A program made the position numbers and the translations under genes. From positions 87,794,001 through 87,858,000 of the forward strand of contig NC_087437.1 in assembly GCF_036321535.1 (NCBI RefSeq): DNA of 64,000 nucleotides. Direction: 5' to 3'. Numbering within the stretch: position 1 is the stretch's first letter; every line of letters begins with the position of its first letter. This DNA comes from Camelus dromedarius (lineage: Eukaryota). Below are positions 61,817 to 64,000 of this stretch, piece after piece. The notes under the pieces are model-generated. The model was given only the letters and a program-made list of their open reading frames with translations. It searched no databases and was not told the origin of the DNA.

Positions 61817-64000
61817 AAACAACATACACACCAGCACAATCTCTCTTTCAAAAGCAGGTTATCTACAGATATGTTTCAGTTTCCTATCTGATTTCTCTCC
61901 TGTTCCAGTGAATCCATAGCTCCACACTTTGAGGAAATGGCTTCTTAACCTGACATATTTGGATGCTTTTCATTACCTGAAATGTATGTAACCATTAACT
62001 TTGCAAAGCCACACCAAGGACTTTAGTGAGCTGTAGCACAGTTACATTGTAGGGCTGGTACAGTAGTTCTTCCAAAGAAAATTTCTAAACAAACTGAACA
62101 GGAGAAGAGTCTTGTGGAAAACTGTGTTTCAACATCTAATGCTAACTGCACATTAATACAATTAGAAAGCACACCAAGTCCCCAGCAGATACTATAAATA
62201 TTTCTTTAGAACATTTATTCTTTATGCTTACCATAAATTACTCCTTTTTATTGGGGCAGGGGAATCCTAATGTTTTGTATCTGATATTTGGTCCTCACTA
62301 ACTTCACCATACATGGGAGTCAACAAATGATTGGTCACAGAACATGTTAAAGGCCTCCTAAGGCTAAGTCTGTCTGAGGTTTTATAATCTTTCCCGGGCA
62401 CATGGAACTAAATAAATGGTATATCATCATATTCCAGGCATTTATCTCAGGATAGAAACATTTTACAGGTTTGTCACCTATGAAAACATGATTATGAATA
62501 GACACTTATTAGTATTCATACAACATTTATACACACCCACCCCCACACAGATAGACAAACTAAACAAATGGAAGTGATCTACCATATTTCAGTACCTTTT
62601 CAGAATTAGTGCATTTTAATAAACAACTATGCCAATTATTTTTTAATGAATAGTATAGGGTGTCAGAGAACACTGAAGGTAAAATTAAGTCCCCAAAGTA
62701 AATTTTTCTTCTATGTTAAAAATGGAGAAATTAAAAATGAGACAGAAAATTCCTGCTAATACACATGCCAGTTTTAAACACTAGCAATGCAAAGATGTGT
62801 GTGGCAACAAGGAGCAGCCGACCTTTTAAAATTTCATTTTGCACATTATCTGTTTATTATACTGGACTCTGACCACACATTCCTATTAAGATCATGACAT
62901 ATTAGCAAAAGAGAGGGCTACTTGCTTCAAGCTAATTTGGAGAAGTGTTTGCAGAAGTGCAACAGCGTGGCGTGGCACTTTAGCAATGGGAATGAAAGGG
63001 GACATGAGAAATGTCAACGGCAGTCATGTGTAACACAGGCAGAGAAGAGTGCATATTAATTCAGGAAAATCTGGCCCCACTCCAAGGATTTTTACAATCC
63101 CTAGACTATGTTTAAGAAGTTCTCAAAATTGAATCACACATTTAAAAGGGGGGAAAAAAAACAACTAACTGCATCCAATTCAGGTATGAAACTAAAGATA
63201 AGGAAATTCAGGCAGCCCTTGGCTGTGTGGCTTGAGCAGATAAAAATGGAAACTGTCCAAACTCTTTGACTGTAGAAAAGTCTCAACATTTGCGTTTTGT
63301 TTCATTTTATTCTTCAGGCAGTATATTAACACAGGGGGATTACTATTATAATTTTCATTAACGTGGAATGCTCTAGATTCCCATTGAACACATAATGTAT
63401 TATTGAAACCTTGATTTCTAATTTTTAACGGTTGAGAAAGCCAGTGATTATATCCAGCAGAAAAGAAGTAATTTAGTAATAAGAATTGAAATCAGCCTGT
63501 TTCTACCCAGATGAAATGAGGAGATGGCTGAAATGCAACAATAAAATTAGCTGGATAATTCAGACAAATAAGTTTTAATTTACTGATATTGAGACAAATA
63601 CGATAGTGGAGTGGCTAGAGCTTAGAAAAGGGTTATTTGGATAAATTAAGTTTCAGACAAATGGAGATTTGATACTTCAAGTTCTGGAAATTTCATTTTC
63701 ATCCTTTTATGAACACATTTCTAAAATATGTTACACTATTCCTTATTATTATTTTAAAAAATGAAGCATGCTGATTTTCCTTAATAAGATTATTTTATGG
63801 ATGATATTTTCAAGTACTAAGAAAATTTTTAAATGTGTCCCTAGACTGATCAAATACTGCTGCAGCATTTAAATGTGACAAAGAAACGTGCTCAGAATTA
63901 TTGAAGTAAGTATGATTTTTCTCTTTTGCTGCCTGTCCCTAGCGCTCACTGTTTTTCTGGTCAGTGCTTCTTCCTTCTTTCACCCACAGGCAGCTTTGTC

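Noticed and set aside
1..64000. Prokaryotic-type systems (CRISPR arrays, operons, defence islands) or an intact retroelement ORF
   Set aside because: No repeat-spacer array and no ORF longer than 135 aa; the composition and repeats are those of mammalian non-coding DNA.

Overview
This is AT-rich, CpG-depleted eutherian nuclear DNA, not prokaryotic. It is most likely from a camelid: it carries two tRNA-Ala-derived SINEs of the vic-1 type, cetartiodactyl-type L1 ends and a short Tigger1 deletion derivative. Much of the window is decayed interspersed repeat (L1, L2, MIR, MLT1 and ERV solo LTRs, hAT and Tigger DNA transposons), often nested. I recognise no known protein-coding gene, RNA gene, CpG island or CRISPR array, and the supplied ORFs are mostly repeat-derived or chance. 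I found no clearly new biological system. The best leads are: (1) a candidate spliced minus-strand transcript (exons 29983-29940, 25469-25373, 25292-25217, 17150-~16955) whose reading frames chain in phase; (2) a ~173-bp local templated duplication inserted into an L2; (3) an unidentified ~480-bp insert inside an MLT1J LTR; (4) a Cys-rich phase 1-1 exon candidate; (5) a well-preserved ancient amniote MIR-like tail; (6) plus-strand splice signals at the window end. Repeat family names come from my recall of consensus sequences, not a database search. Boundaries of old repeats are approximate.
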